NCBI RefSeq assembly: GCF_007741515.1
Contig: NZ_CP036263.1
Location: 3,023,178-3,087,177, forward strand
Origin: Adhaeretor mobilis
Lineage (GTDB): Bacteria; Planctomycetota; Planctomycetia; Pirellulales; Lacipirellulaceae
Direction of reading: 5' to 3'
Length of the DNA stretch: 64,000 nucleotides
Position numbers and translations under genes: made by a program. This document shows, piece after piece, positions 47,316 through 57,744 of the stretch; position 1 is the stretch's first letter, and each line of letters starts with the position of its first letter. The notes below the pieces were generated by a model. That model worked only from the letters and a program-made list of their open reading frames with translations, had not been told where the DNA came from and did not search any database.

Positions 47316-47591
47316 ATGAGCTTCCTGCCCAACCCAAAACCCAATAAGCACGTCGCTTTGACGGATGTCCCCGCCCTGTTGCCTAAGCGACGCGGCAAAA
47401 AGGTTCACCATTCCACCGTGTATCGTTGGGCAACTAAAGGCGTACGTGGCCGCGTACTGGAGAGCGTCAAGGTGGGTAATGTGCGTTTCACCACGGTCTC
47501 TGCCCTGAACCGTTTCTTCGAACCAAAGACATCTCGTGACGGAGACGAACGTCGCACGGCGATCAAACGCGCGCTGTATGGCGATCAATAA
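47316..47591 (+). CDS. Xis/AlpA-like HTH DNA-binding protein
   Basis: KKVHHSTVYRWATKGVRG helix-turn-helix. Confidence 0.4.
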   Translation: MSFLPNPKPNKHVALTDVPALLPKRRGKKVHHSTVYRWATKGVRGRVLESVKVGNVRFTTVSALNRFFEPKTSRDGDERRTAIKRALYGDQ

Positions 47592-47681
47592 TATGCCAGT
47601 GATGATTGCTCGGAACGGATATCGCCCACAAAGAAAGAGCCGCCCGTTTCCGGGCGGCTCCTGTGGGGTGAGGAGCAGGGC

Positions 47682-47954
47682 TTACGCCTTGCTCGCCTGG
47701 TAGTCAGCTTCTTCTAACTCGCGGACCCGGTCGTAGACTAGGCCGTAGAGTCTTGCCGCTTGGATCAGCTGGGTTCCACTCAGAGACGTGGTCTCGTGGT
47801 AGTTTCCAGCATCGTCCTTGTAGCTCCGCTGCACAGCCGAGGTCGTGTAGAAGGGGCGACCCTTCTCGCTCTCGTTCTTCCAGATAGCGATCTGCAAGAG
47901 GCCGTCCTTGATACGGGCGACAGGTTCGTTAGAGTTTTTAGTTTGGTTTGTCAT
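47682..47954 (-). CDS. DUF736-like protein (typical of ICEs and plasmids)
   Basis: IAIWKNESEKGRPFYTTS...YKDDAGNYHETTSL pattern. Confidence 0.45.
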   Translation of the reverse strand: MTNQTKNSNEPVARIKDGLLQIAIWKNESEKGRPFYTTSAVQRSYKDDAGNYHETTSLSGTQLIQAARLYGLVYDRVRELEEADYQASKA

Positions 47955-49361
47955 GGTCTTTCTCCTTTTCTAGTTAGTTGACTTACGCAGCCGACCAGTC
48001 AACCGCCAAGCAGGCGTGTCCAATGTTTGCCCGCAGGGACCACAAAAGAATTTCAAGCGCAGCGCCTTGTGAAATTGTTTTTGGCATTTGATTCGACTGC
48101 TGCGGGTGACAGGATAGCGCTACTCAATCTGACTTGGAAAGCAGAAAGTTCTGTAGAACGAAATTCAATCACGAACGGATTCTTCGTACGGAGCAAAGTC
48201 GCACCTACGGAAGCCGTTCTCTGAGAAGGGCGTGATCGAGCGGTCGTCTCAAAGACTCGGTCCTTGGCCGCGGTGCTGCCAGGGGCAAGGCGGGAGCGAC
48301 TGCGCGACCACAGAGGCGTGGTGGTGTCCCGGTTGTTCCAAGTGGCGTGGATCTCGCCGGCTGAAGAACGTGAACGTGAGGTGAGAGGAGGCGTCGGGCA
48401 AGAGAGGGAGGTGTAGCTCTTGATGCTTACCCCACAGGGGCTGTCTGGATAGGGACGAAATCTTCTGGCGAATTTACCATGGAACATCAAACTCTCAGAT
48501 CCCCAAACTGCTGGCTCTCAGGTAAGCCTAGCAGTCATGGAACACAACTCACACCACTGAGAGACCGGCGAAGTGGGCGTAGCATGGTGCCCTTGGATTA
48601 AGACTGGACAATCTCCTAGAGCCAAAGGATAGAATGGCTGTCCTATTCGATTGCGCAATAACTGGGATATAGGCTACCTGAGAACACACCCCCATGCTTG
48701 GTCGATTAAGGCCTCTCAGGCATCTAAAAGGGTAATCGGGTAACTCCACATTGGGCTGCGGTGAAATCAACCGAAGTCAGTTCGCAGAATTAGCTTCATT
48801 CAATGTGACTATTCGAGACCTCCACGAGGAGGGGGCATCCTGAAGCACGAACGGAAAGTACGAACTCGCAGAGGTGCGAATCACCTCACGCATTTTGGTC
48901 ACTTGCTTCTAGCGGGCGGCTGATGCAACCTCGCTCAGTTCGCAGTCTGTGAAACTCGCAGCGGTCTAGTTGCCTATCGCAGATATTGAGTTGCACCAGG
49001 CCATCCAGGCATTTTCTCCTTGGCGCAAGCTGGTCTTGTCGACATGCATGGCAACTTCGTTTGCCACTCCAGTATTCAACGTCGATCAGTGCTACTGCTT
49101 GGTTGCCAACGATACGTTTCAACTAGGTTAATTCGCCTGCCATTGGTGGCAAAATCTGCACAGTAGCCAAACGTTGAGCCTTCAGCTTTCACTCTCGTGA
49201 CAGCCGGTCCGGTAACAACTAAGTAAGTCACTACCCGAGGAGTATTCAATTTGAGCAGAGGCTGATTGGATTTGAGTAGGCCGGTGTTTCCATTTTCCAA
49301 ATGGTAAGTGAAAGTACGCCATGGCCGCATACCCCTAGTAGGTATATCATGGGGGCTGTAA

Positions 49362-51734
49362 ATGTCACTCCATGCGAGACAACTAATGTCAAAGACAATA
49401 GACCCGATTTGCGGAATGACGGTCGATGCCAACTCAGCTCTCGTGCTAGAAATTGAAGGCAAGTCGCACTACTTCTGTAGCTCTAGTTGTCGTGATCGCT
49501 TCGCAGCCCAACAAGGTGTCTCCGTAACAGCAGAGACTTCATCCGACCCTGGCGATGCTGCCTGCTGCCAAAGTGACTATGATGGCAAAAGTAAGATGAA
49601 GCTGCCAACTGACGCCGAGAGCGGTCAAATCTTCACTTGTCCAATGCACCCCGAAGTTGAGCAGGTCGGTCCCGGAAGCTGCCCAAAGTGCGGCATGGAC
49701 TTGGAACCGAAGACAATTTCTCTTGAAGAGGAAGACGATGGCTCAGAGTCAGCAATGACGCAGCGGTTCTGGGCAGGCGTCGTACTGAGCCTACCTCTGC
49801 TGGTGCTAACAATGGGACCGATGGTCGGTTTACCAATTCGTGAGTGGCTATCGCCTAAGATTGAGGGCTGGCTGCAACTGTTTCTGGCAACGCCCGTTGT
49901 ATTGTGGAGCGGTTGGCCGCTGCTGGCTCGCGGCTGGCAGTCGATTGTCCACCGCAGCCCGAATATGTTTACGCTCATCGCGATTGGCACGCTGACGGCG
50001 TTCTTTTTCAGCCTCGCAGCCGTACTGTTTCCTGGAGTCATCCCTCAAGCGTTTTACGAAGCGGGTCGGCCTCCGCTCTACTTTGAAGCTGCGGCGGTAA
50101 TCATCACACTGGTTCTACTCGGGCAAGTCTTGGAATTACGGGCACGCAAACGGACGAGCGGCGCGATTCGCGAGCTGCTAGAGCTTGCCCCCGAGACGGC
50201 CCTGCGAGTCACAGAAGATGGCGAGCAAGAAATACCACTTGAGCAGGTGAAAGCAGGCGACCGTCTACGAGTTCGCCCTGGTGAGAAAACGCCCGTCGAT
50301 GGAGTCGTTCGAGAAGGCTCAAGTTCCGTCGATGAATCAATGCTCACTGGCGAACCGATTCCGGTTCAGAAATCCGCGGGCGACAAGATCATAGCCGGTA
50401 CGCTCAACCAAACCGGAGCGCTACTGATCGAGGCCCAGCAGGTGGGTTCGGATACGGTGTTGAGCCGTATTGTGGACATGGTCGCCGCTGCCCAACGCAG
50501 CCGAGCGCCGATTCAGAAGTTAGTGGACACGGTAGCGGCGTGGTTCGTCCCTTGTGTCCTGGTGGCGGCACTGATCGCATTTGCGGTCTGGGCTGTCGTT
50601 GGACCTCAGCCCCGTTTAGCGCATGCCCTCCTAGCAGCGATCTCGGTGCTGATCATTGCTTGTCCGTGCGCTTTGGGATTGGCGACACCGATGTCCATCA
50701 TGGTGGGTGTCGGTCGTGGCGCTCGCGAAGGAGTTTTGATCAAGGACGCCCAGGTGCTAGAGACGATGGAACGGGTCGACACCATCGTGGTTGATAAGAC
50801 GGGGACTCTAACTGAGGGACGCCCGCGCGTCACGGAAGTGATTGCCACAGGCGAGCTGTCAAACGATGAACTCCTTTTGCTGGCCGCCGCTGTTGAACGT
50901 TTGAGCGAACACCCGCTTGCCAGAGCGATTGTCGAAGCTGCCGGGGAGAAAGAATTGGAGATTCTCAATGCCGTAGAGTTTGGCAGCACCACCGGCGGAG
51001 GAGTTGAAGCTCAGGTTGAGGGGCAACGTATATGCATTGGCAAGCCCGGTTTCTTGGAGGAGCAAGGTGTCTCCGTTGCCGAGCAGTCGATTTCTAAAGC
51101 CGAAGCCCTGCAAAGCGAAGGTCAGACTGTTGTGTTTGTTGCAAACGAGAATTCGTTACTGGGCATGATCGGAATCGCTGATCCGATTAAAGAAACGACG
51201 CCTGCCGTCATCAAGCAAATTCATGACCTCGGCTTAAAGCTGGTCATGCTCACCGGCGATGCCCAGGCGACGGCCCAAGCCGTTGCCACCAAGCTCAGTA
51301 TTGACGAGTTACAGGCGGGCGTCTCCCCCGAGCAGAAGCACGACTATGTTCGTAAGCTGCACGATGAGGGACGCGTCGTGGCGATGGCGGGTGACGGCAT
51401 CAATGATGCGCCCGCCCTAGCGGCTGCCGACGTAGGAATCGCAATGGGCACCGGTAGCGATGTGGCCATCGAGTCGGCAGGAGTGACGCTTGTTGGTGGC
51501 GACCTGCGCGGCGTCGTCAAAGCGGCTGCTCTGAGTCGGGCGACGATGCGCAACATCCGGCAGAATTTGGTTTTTGCCTTTGGATACAACGCACTCGGCA
51601 TCCCTATTGCGGCGGGAGTCCTCTACCCGATCTTCGGTTGGCTGCTGAGCCCCATGATCGCCGCTGCGGCGATGAGCTTGAGCAGTGTGTCGGTGATCGC
51701 AAATGCACTCCGGCTACGCAGTGTGAAGCTTTAA
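49362..51734 (+). CDS. copA: copper-translocating P1B-type ATPase with N-terminal YHS/TRASH and CPMHP-type metal-binding modules
   Basis: DPICGMTVD...[12 protein letters not shown]; [24 protein letters not shown]; CPC ([12 protein letters not shown]); DKTGTLT; [10 protein letters not shown]. Confidence 0.85.
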   Translation: MSLHARQLMSKTIDPICGMTVDANSALVLEIEGKSHYFCSSSCRDRFAAQQGVSVTAETSSDPGDAACCQSDYDGKSKMKLPTDAESGQIFTCPMHPEVEQVGPGSCPKCGMDLEPKTISLEEEDDGSESAMTQRFWAGVVLSLPLLVLTMGPMVGLPIREWLSPKIEGWLQLFLATPVVLWSGWPLLARGWQSIVHRSPNMFTLIAIGTLTAFFFSLAAVLFPGVIPQAFYEAGRPPLYFEAAAVIITLVLLGQVLELRARKRTSGAIRELLELAPETALRVTEDGEQEIPLEQVKAGDRLRVRPGEKTPVDGVVREGSSSVDESMLTGEPIPVQKSAGDKIIAGTLNQTGALLIEAQQVGSDTVLSRIVDMVAAAQRSRAPIQKLVDTVAAWFVPCVLVAALIAFAVWAVVGPQPRLAHALLAAISVLIIACPCALGLATPMSIMVGVGRGAREGVLIKDAQVLETMERVDTIVVDKTGTLTEGRPRVTEVIATGELSNDELLLLAAAVERLSEHPLARAIVEAAGEKELEILNAVEFGSTTGGGVEAQVEGQRICIGKPGFLEEQGVSVAEQSISKAEALQSEGQTVVFVANENSLLGMIGIADPIKETTPAVIKQIHDLGLKLVMLTGDAQATAQAVATKLSIDELQAGVSPEQKHDYVRKLHDEGRVVAMAGDGINDAPALAAADVGIAMGTGSDVAIESAGVTLVGGDLRGVVKAAALSRATMRNIRQNLVFAFGYNALGIPIAAGVLYPIFGWLLSPMIAAAAMSLSSVSVIANALRLRSVKL

Positions 51735-51867
51735 GCATTAGCCCGAGTATGTGGCCCGCAAAGTCAACCTGACTGCCGCCAAGTAGACTTCGCCAAGCTA
51801 TAATCGGTATTTTCCGCATGCAAGGATGTACCCCCCAGGGGTAATTGGACGATGGAAGCACTAGGAA

Positions 51868-53334
51868 TTGCTCTCAGGTTACATCGGCAAGGCAGCCCAA
51901 AGCATGAGTTGGCGTCAGGCATCTATCATAGCTGTGGTTTGCATTGTCGGTCTCACCGATACACGCGCTAAATCTCAGGAACTGCTAACCTCGCCAAAAG
52001 TAACGATTTTTAACGCCACCGGTCATTCTTACACAAAGCCTCCCGCAATCCCTTCGTCACCCGACGAGGTAGCGTCAATTGACTCGGCGATGAATGAGGC
52101 AGCGTCGACATACGGGTTGGATGAACTACTATCGCTAGCATCGGACAATAACCCAACACTCCGCCAGTCACGGCTGCATATCTCAGCCGAATTGGGTAAG
52201 GCACTACAGGCCGGACTCTATCCCAATCCGACTCTTTCCTACTCGGGCGAGCAAATCTTTCTGGACGTCGAGGGAGATAAGGATTCACCGGGTGAGTTTC
52301 AAGGCGGCGTGCTTGAGCAACGTTTTGTAACTGCGGGAAAGTTGCGTTTGAGCCGTCAAAAGTACATGCGGCGAGCCCATGTTGCTGAGCATCAAGCGAT
52401 GGTGCAGCGATTCCGCGTTTGCAACGATGTGCGGATTCACTTCTATCGCACACTCGCTGCCAGCCAGTCGCTCGCCATCCAACGAGAGTTGGTCAAGACG
52501 GCTGAGGATTCTGCTGTCACCGCACAAGAATCGTACAATATGGGGCAAGCTCGTCGCCCCGAAGTCCGCCGCGCGAACATCACTTTGCAAAGGGCTCGAC
52601 TGGCGGTGATGAAAGCAGAGAACGCTCATCGCGAGGCGTTCCGCAGCTTGACCGCCCTTGTTGGAATTCCGCTGACCGAAGGCATGGTCGTGGGCGAGCT
52701 TTTGACGCAATGCGATCCACTGTCATTCGACGAAGCGCTCGGTCGTCTATTGGCCGAAAGCCCAGAGATTGCAGCAGCACGTGCGAAGTTGTCGGTTGAC
52801 AACGCAACCATCCAACGAGAGAGCGTTGAATGGGTCCCCGATGTCGTCGTAAGTGGTGGAACGGGCTACAACTTCGATGCCAAAGAAACAACAGCAGTCG
52901 CGGGGATTTCGCTTGAAATTCCTTTCTATGATCGCAATCAAGGAACGATGCGGCAAGCACGGGCCGACTACGCTCGGCAACGGCAAGAAATACAGCGAGT
53001 TGAACTCCAGCTCCGCAATCGCTTAGCGACTGTCTATCAGCAGTACGTCACGGCACTACAGCATGTGTATGAGTATGAACGAGTAATTCTCCCTGAGTCG
53101 AAAGCTGCATACGCAGAACTGCTGGGTAGCTACAAGGAGAATCGAGTTGATTGGCCTGACGTGTTAATGGCTCAACACGATTATTTTGACGCACGATTGT
53201 TGCAAGTCGATAATCTCTTGATGGCTCGTGAGCATGAAGTGCTGATTCACGGCTATTTGCTTTACGATGGCTTAATGGCGGCAGAGGGCGTTGGGCCTCC
53301 GGGACATATCGACGCCGTACCAAAGCCTCGGTAA
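51868..53334 (+). CDS. TolC/CusC-family outer-membrane efflux protein
   Basis: OMF architecture, two coiled-coil/beta repeats, signal peptide. Confidence 0.65.
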   Translation: MLSGYIGKAAQSMSWRQASIIAVVCIVGLTDTRAKSQELLTSPKVTIFNATGHSYTKPPAIPSSPDEVASIDSAMNEAASTYGLDELLSLASDNNPTLRQSRLHISAELGKALQAGLYPNPTLSYSGEQIFLDVEGDKDSPGEFQGGVLEQRFVTAGKLRLSRQKYMRRAHVAEHQAMVQRFRVCNDVRIHFYRTLAASQSLAIQRELVKTAEDSAVTAQESYNMGQARRPEVRRANITLQRARLAVMKAENAHREAFRSLTALVGIPLTEGMVVGELLTQCDPLSFDEALGRLLAESPEIAAARAKLSVDNATIQRESVEWVPDVVVSGGTGYNFDAKETTAVAGISLEIPFYDRNQGTMRQARADYARQRQEIQRVELQLRNRLATVYQQYVTALQHVYEYERVILPESKAAYAELLGSYKENRVDWPDVLMAQHDYFDARLLQVDNLLMAREHEVLIHGYLLYDGLMAAEGVGPPGHIDAVPKPR

Positions 53335-53390
53335 GTCAGCCGACACCGAATAGGCAGTAGCAGTAAGCGTTTCCAAGCGAGATCAATACC

Positions 53391-54947
53391 ATGCAAGAAC
53401 CGCAAGCAACCCCACCTCGTCGCGACTTCCTAAAAAAATCGGCACTGGCTGCCGGTGGCGCGCTGGCTGGAAACCTGCTCGCCACTCCCGCACAAGCACA
53501 GGAAGGCCCAGCGATGCAGGGCATGAATATGCAAGGCTCGGGCAGTCGTCACGACATGCACGGCAGCGGCACTAAGCTACCGTCGCCTATCGGTGACGAA
53601 AATGCAGGTGTGCCATCTGGTGTCCAGGATGAGTACGACGGTTTCCGCCGCTTTACCCCGAGTCGCGGAAATAGTCCCGACTCCGACTACTATCTCGGTA
53701 AGTTAGTTCCGGGAATGCGCTCTGCCAGTGATGGACCCGCACCATTCGAGACGCCCGACATTCCGAAGCTGCCATTCAAGATGGTAGATGGCGTGAAAGA
53801 ATTTCATTTAGTGGCAACCCCGGTCGAAGCGGAATTTCTTCCCGGCTACAAAATGAATGTCTACGGATACAACGGCAGTATGCCGGGGCCGACAATTGAA
53901 GTCACGCAGGGGGATCGAGTTCGCATTGTCGTCACCAACGAGTTGCCCGAAAATACCTACATGCATTGGCACGGCTTTGAGTGCCGCGTGCAATACGATG
54001 GGGCTGCCGAACTAATCCAAGGTCCAATCAAGCCAGGTAAGAGTTTTAACTACGAGTTTACTTTCCACGAAGAAGGGACGTTCTTCTACCATTCCCATGT
54101 CGCCATGCAAGAAGCCTTCGGGATGGTAGGCTGGTTTATCGTGCATCCCAAGCGAGTCTTCGACCCGCCCGTCGATAGAGACTTCGGCTTGCTCTTTCAA
54201 AACTTCGCCATCGAACCGAGCCAAACCATCGCCGATAGTTGGTCGATGGATTGGAACTGGCATACGATCAACGGACGCAGCGGGCCGTTCAACTCCCCGC
54301 TGGTTTGCAAGCATGGCGAGCGGGTGCGGATTCGTATTCTTAATTTCGCTCCTATTCAGCATCATCCGATTCACTTGCACGGCCACACTTTCTGGATCAC
54401 CGGCCACGAAGGGGCGCGCATTCCAAAAAGTGCCTGGATACCTCGCAACACCGAATTGATTGGTGTCGCGCAAGCAACTGATTTCGAGTTTATCGCCAAC
54501 AATCCGGGCGACTGGATGATGCACTGCCACATGGTGCATCACATGATGAATCACATGACCCGGCAAGTTGGCCCGAGGGTTCGTCCGAATCAATCGGTGG
54601 ATGCCTATCTGGCGAATTTGGATCGGGTTCCTGATGTGAATCTGAATAATCCTGACCCAGGGTTCCATACTCCCGGCTATCCCCAAGACATGAAGGGGAT
54701 GAATATGGCCGCGATGATGGACAAGCGAATCACCGGGCGACGCGAAACGCTGGGGATGCGGCAAGGTTGGCAGATGGCCATCATGGGCCTGATGCTCGCT
54801 GTCCGCGTTCTGCCGGAAGATCTGTACCACTTGGTCATGGAAACCGACGAACCTATACAGCCGGGTGCTGTTCTTGCTGAAATCGTGCGGCGATTCGGTG
54901 ATCCTTCTGATTATCAAGCAGCACCAATGAAGCACGGAATGATGTAG
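53391..54947 (+). CDS. multicopper oxidase with Tat signal and Met/His-rich segments (CopA/PcoA-like)
   Basis: RRDFLKKSALAAGGALAG twin-arginine; HWHG, HSH, HLHGH, HCHMVHHMMNHM copper ligands; MQGMNMQG Met-rich. Confidence 0.8.
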   Translation: MQEPQATPPRRDFLKKSALAAGGALAGNLLATPAQAQEGPAMQGMNMQGSGSRHDMHGSGTKLPSPIGDENAGVPSGVQDEYDGFRRFTPSRGNSPDSDYYLGKLVPGMRSASDGPAPFETPDIPKLPFKMVDGVKEFHLVATPVEAEFLPGYKMNVYGYNGSMPGPTIEVTQGDRVRIVVTNELPENTYMHWHGFECRVQYDGAAELIQGPIKPGKSFNYEFTFHEEGTFFYHSHVAMQEAFGMVGWFIVHPKRVFDPPVDRDFGLLFQNFAIEPSQTIADSWSMDWNWHTINGRSGPFNSPLVCKHGERVRIRILNFAPIQHHPIHLHGHTFWITGHEGARIPKSAWIPRNTELIGVAQATDFEFIANNPGDWMMHCHMVHHMMNHMTRQVGPRVRPNQSVDAYLANLDRVPDVNLNNPDPGFHTPGYPQDMKGMNMAAMMDKRITGRRETLGMRQGWQMAIMGLMLAVRVLPEDLYHLVMETDEPIQPGAVLAEIVRRFGDPSDYQAAPMKHGMM

Positions 54948-55036
54948 CATCGACGACAGGATACCCCTGGTGGGTATGGGATTTGCTCAGTAACTTACTA
55001 CTGACAATTCCGTAACCTAAACCCAGGAGTCATTCG

Positions 55037-55360
55037 ATGGTCCAAAACACGTCGTATCAAAATTGTATCGAGGCTTGTCAGGAGTGTGCGGCCGAATGTT
55101 TGTCGAATGTCGTGTCTATGCTCGGCAAGAAAAGCGACAACGCCTGCCCTAAGTGCTGCCTAGAATGTGCTGCGATTTGCAGGCTCTGCGTGGAAATGAT
55201 GGCGATTGACGCCAAATTCGCGTCAGAAGCCTGCCGCTTGTGCGTGAAGGTTTGTGAGTGGTGTGCCGAGCAGTGTGCAGCGCACGACCACGATCACTGC
55301 CAGCAGTGTGCCGAGAGTTGCCGCCGCTGCGTCGAGGCTTGCCAATCGGTCGCCAAATAA
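55037..55360 (+). CDS. Cys-rich four-helix-bundle copper-binding protein (DUF326/Csp-like)
   Basis: 18 Cys in 107 aa in CxxxC/CxxC heptad-like spacing (CIEACQECAAECL ... CLECAAICRLC ... CEWCAEQCAAH ... CAESCRRCVEAC). Confidence 0.6.
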   Translation: MVQNTSYQNCIEACQECAAECLSNVVSMLGKKSDNACPKCCLECAAICRLCVEMMAIDAKFASEACRLCVKVCEWCAEQCAAHDHDHCQQCAESCRRCVEACQSVAK

Positions 55361-55477
55361 CCAGCTTGGTCTCGCATCGGCTAGCAGGCCCGTTCAATAG
55401 GGTCGCACGCCATCAATCGGCACGCTATTATAGATGACCTAGATAGTCCATCTTGTTACACCGATTGATGGCAGCCG

Positions 55478-55762
55478 ATGCTCTCTGACGACGAAAAAAC
55501 GAAGCTCGCAAACCGCTTGCGCCGAATTTCGGGGCAAGTCTCTGCTGTGCAGAGGATGATTGATGAAGACGAATACTGCGTTGACATTTTGATGCAGATT
55601 GCTGCCGCTAGTGGCGCCTTAGGGAAAGTCGGCCAACTGATTTTTGAAAGCCACGTTCACTCGTGCGTGAAAAACGCGATGGTCGATGGCAACACCAAAG
55701 AGCGAGACGAGAAACTTGCAGAGCTAGTTGAGCTTTTCCGCAAGTACGCTCGAATTGACTAG
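55478..55762 (+). CDS. csoR: CsoR/RcnR-family metal-sensing repressor
   Basis: RLRRISGQVSAVQRMIDEDEYCVDILMQIAAASGAL ... HSCV (Cys/His/Cys ligand set). Confidence 0.75.
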   Translation: MLSDDEKTKLANRLRRISGQVSAVQRMIDEDEYCVDILMQIAAASGALGKVGQLIFESHVHSCVKNAMVDGNTKERDEKLAELVELFRKYARID

Positions 55763-55809
55763 GCCAGTACATTTTTCATAGAAGCCAAGAACTTGCTACA
55801 AGCATGTTT

Positions 55810-56880
55810 CTAGTTAACTGGTACTTCCTCGCAGGCTGCCAATAGTCGACGTATCCGATCGACTTCATCGTCTGTGAGTCGATCCTGATTGGTATTGGCA
55901 AAAGGCTGCACGCTAGCAATTCGCTCAGGCGAACGAAGCTTGATACTTGGATGTCGCTCACATATCTCGCGAATGATTGTTTGTGGATTCTCGCAGAATG
56001 ACTCATATGACACATCTGTCCAACGTTCACTGCTAATCTGTTCTCTTTGACGTTTGAGCAGCCTCTCATTGGCAGCAACTTGACGACAAACTGCTTCGAC
56101 ATCATCCATTGGATTTCCAGTAGCTGAGGAATCAACGCTACTTAGCCCCCAGCCTACCTTGCGATTTCCTTGCACCCACTCCCGAGCTTTGAGAAGTGAT
56201 TGTGCGACGTAAACGGGCTCACGGTGAACGGCAATGAAATGTGCGTTGGGCAGCAGTTCAGAGAGCAAAGTGGTGCAGGCCAGATTGCGGTTATTTTTAT
56301 TGAGCAGCGGCTTGGACGTAATGTGTGTCCATACGTGAAAGAACTGGCGCATTTTTCGGGCGGTTGATGAGTCCAAGGCAGACATTGCGTCATATCGCTC
56401 AATCCCCAAGTAGCGATTCCAAACGTGAAAAGCGTCGTTCACGCCCCTGAATCCACTCGTATTGCCGTATAAGTTTTCTCCAGTTACTGGCCCTGGGTCT
56501 AATCGCTTCTGAAAATACTTTGCCGCTGAAAGCGGGGACTTTCTAAACATGGCATTGAAGTTCGTGAAATAACTTACATCCAAACAGGACGCTAAAACTT
56601 GGTGCAATAGGCTAGTGCCGCTTCTTGGTGGACCCACGATGAGCAGCAGAGGGAAATCCGTCTTAAAGTCTTGGGCAAGCAGTGAGCGTTCTGACACCTT
56701 GAGCCAGTTGTCCAGTGGCTTTACGAATTGAGTGAGTGCTTCTCGGACAACGAGATGCTTGCCTACCGTACCACCTCGACACAAGAGACGAGAGATAAGG
56801 CCAACCGGGTCTTTGAAATTACCATAGAACTTGCGATTTGGGCGTTCCGTTGGTTGTACACTCGAAGAAGAAGTTGGCAT
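55810..56880 (-). CDS. sulfotransferase-family protein
   Basis: PAPS-binding P-loop-like LLIVGPPRSGTSLLHQVL. Confidence 0.5.
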   Translation of the reverse strand: MPTSSSSVQPTERPNRKFYGNFKDPVGLISRLLCRGGTVGKHLVVREALTQFVKPLDNWLKVSERSLLAQDFKTDFPLLLIVGPPRSGTSLLHQVLASCLDVSYFTNFNAMFRKSPLSAAKYFQKRLDPGPVTGENLYGNTSGFRGVNDAFHVWNRYLGIERYDAMSALDSSTARKMRQFFHVWTHITSKPLLNKNNRNLACTTLLSELLPNAHFIAVHREPVYVAQSLLKAREWVQGNRKVGWGLSSVDSSATGNPMDDVEAVCRQVAANERLLKRQREQISSERWTDVSYESFCENPQTIIREICERHPSIKLRSPERIASVQPFANTNQDRLTDDEVDRIRRLLAACEEVPVN

Positions 56881-57011
56881 TGAAGGCTTTCAACGTTTCT
56901 TTGGATAAAGGGCGGGGGCGATGGGCAATACCAAACAGTGAGACGAGAAACTCGACGAGTTGATTGAAAACTTTCGGAAGTAAGGCGACGTGATGGATTG
57001 ACCGCAAACGC

Positions 57012-57725
57012 CTAGACGCAGTCTCCAAATGCTAGAATCGGGCCTGTCGGTTTTGGGTACTTGCCCACGACCCATCTTCCGATTCCAAACCGCCAGTAGG
57101 TTGCCGCCTTGTTGAATCCAGCTCGATGGAAAGCCGACTGAGCAGAGTCGTTAACTATTTCCGTGGTTGCCACTAAGTATTTGATGCCATCGCTCTTTCT
57201 CAGAGAATCCGCTGCGCATCCCAGAACTTTCGACATCAGTCCTTTTCCACGAGCATCGGAAGACGTGTAAGCATGGAAAACGAACGTAGCATTGTCCTGT
57301 AACAGAATGGGAGTCGCTGTAGACGAGTCCCTGCCGTAGTTCATTCCCGCTTCCGCGGAGCCGAGGTGAAACCACGCAAACGATAGTAAATGGCCGCCTG
57401 ACTCGACGCCAAAACACGATAGGTTGCGTTCTTCAATTCGTGCCACTAAAGTTTGGCAGTACGGTGCCTCACTGTTGAGTATGTGTTCCTGTAGCGATTC
57501 AAGACTTAGCATCCTAGCCTTCTTGTCACTCGCGGTGATTTTCGATACTTGTTCGACGTGCCCAACTAACACCGAGACACCTTCAAGCACAATAAGCCGT
57601 TGTAAGCAGCGGTATCCAAATCGAAAAATTCTTTGCAGCGTCATGCTAGAGTCCAGATTGCTATAAAAGGGCGGGGGCGACGGGGCGTTTCGGTACGGAG
57701 GACCGTTACCTCCACGCGTCGCCAC
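57012..57725 (-). CDS. GNAT-family N-acetyltransferase
   Basis: ARGKGLMSKVLGCAADSL ... AFHRAGFN acetyl-CoA-binding motifs. Confidence 0.5.
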   Translation of the reverse strand: MATRGGNGPPYRNAPSPPPFYSNLDSSMTLQRIFRFGYRCLQRLIVLEGVSVLVGHVEQVSKITASDKKARMLSLESLQEHILNSEAPYCQTLVARIEERNLSCFGVESGGHLLSFAWFHLGSAEAGMNYGRDSSTATPILLQDNATFVFHAYTSSDARGKGLMSKVLGCAADSLRKSDGIKYLVATTEIVNDSAQSAFHRAGFNKAATYWRFGIGRWVVGKYPKPTGPILAFGDCV

Positions 57726-57744
57726 CCCCGCGAAAGTTTCTTTG

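Noticed and set aside
48000-49360. ORFs 48053..48490 and 49076..49462 (minus)
   Set aside because: Low-complexity translations with no motifs. The region is more likely non-coding or promoter DNA upstream of copA.
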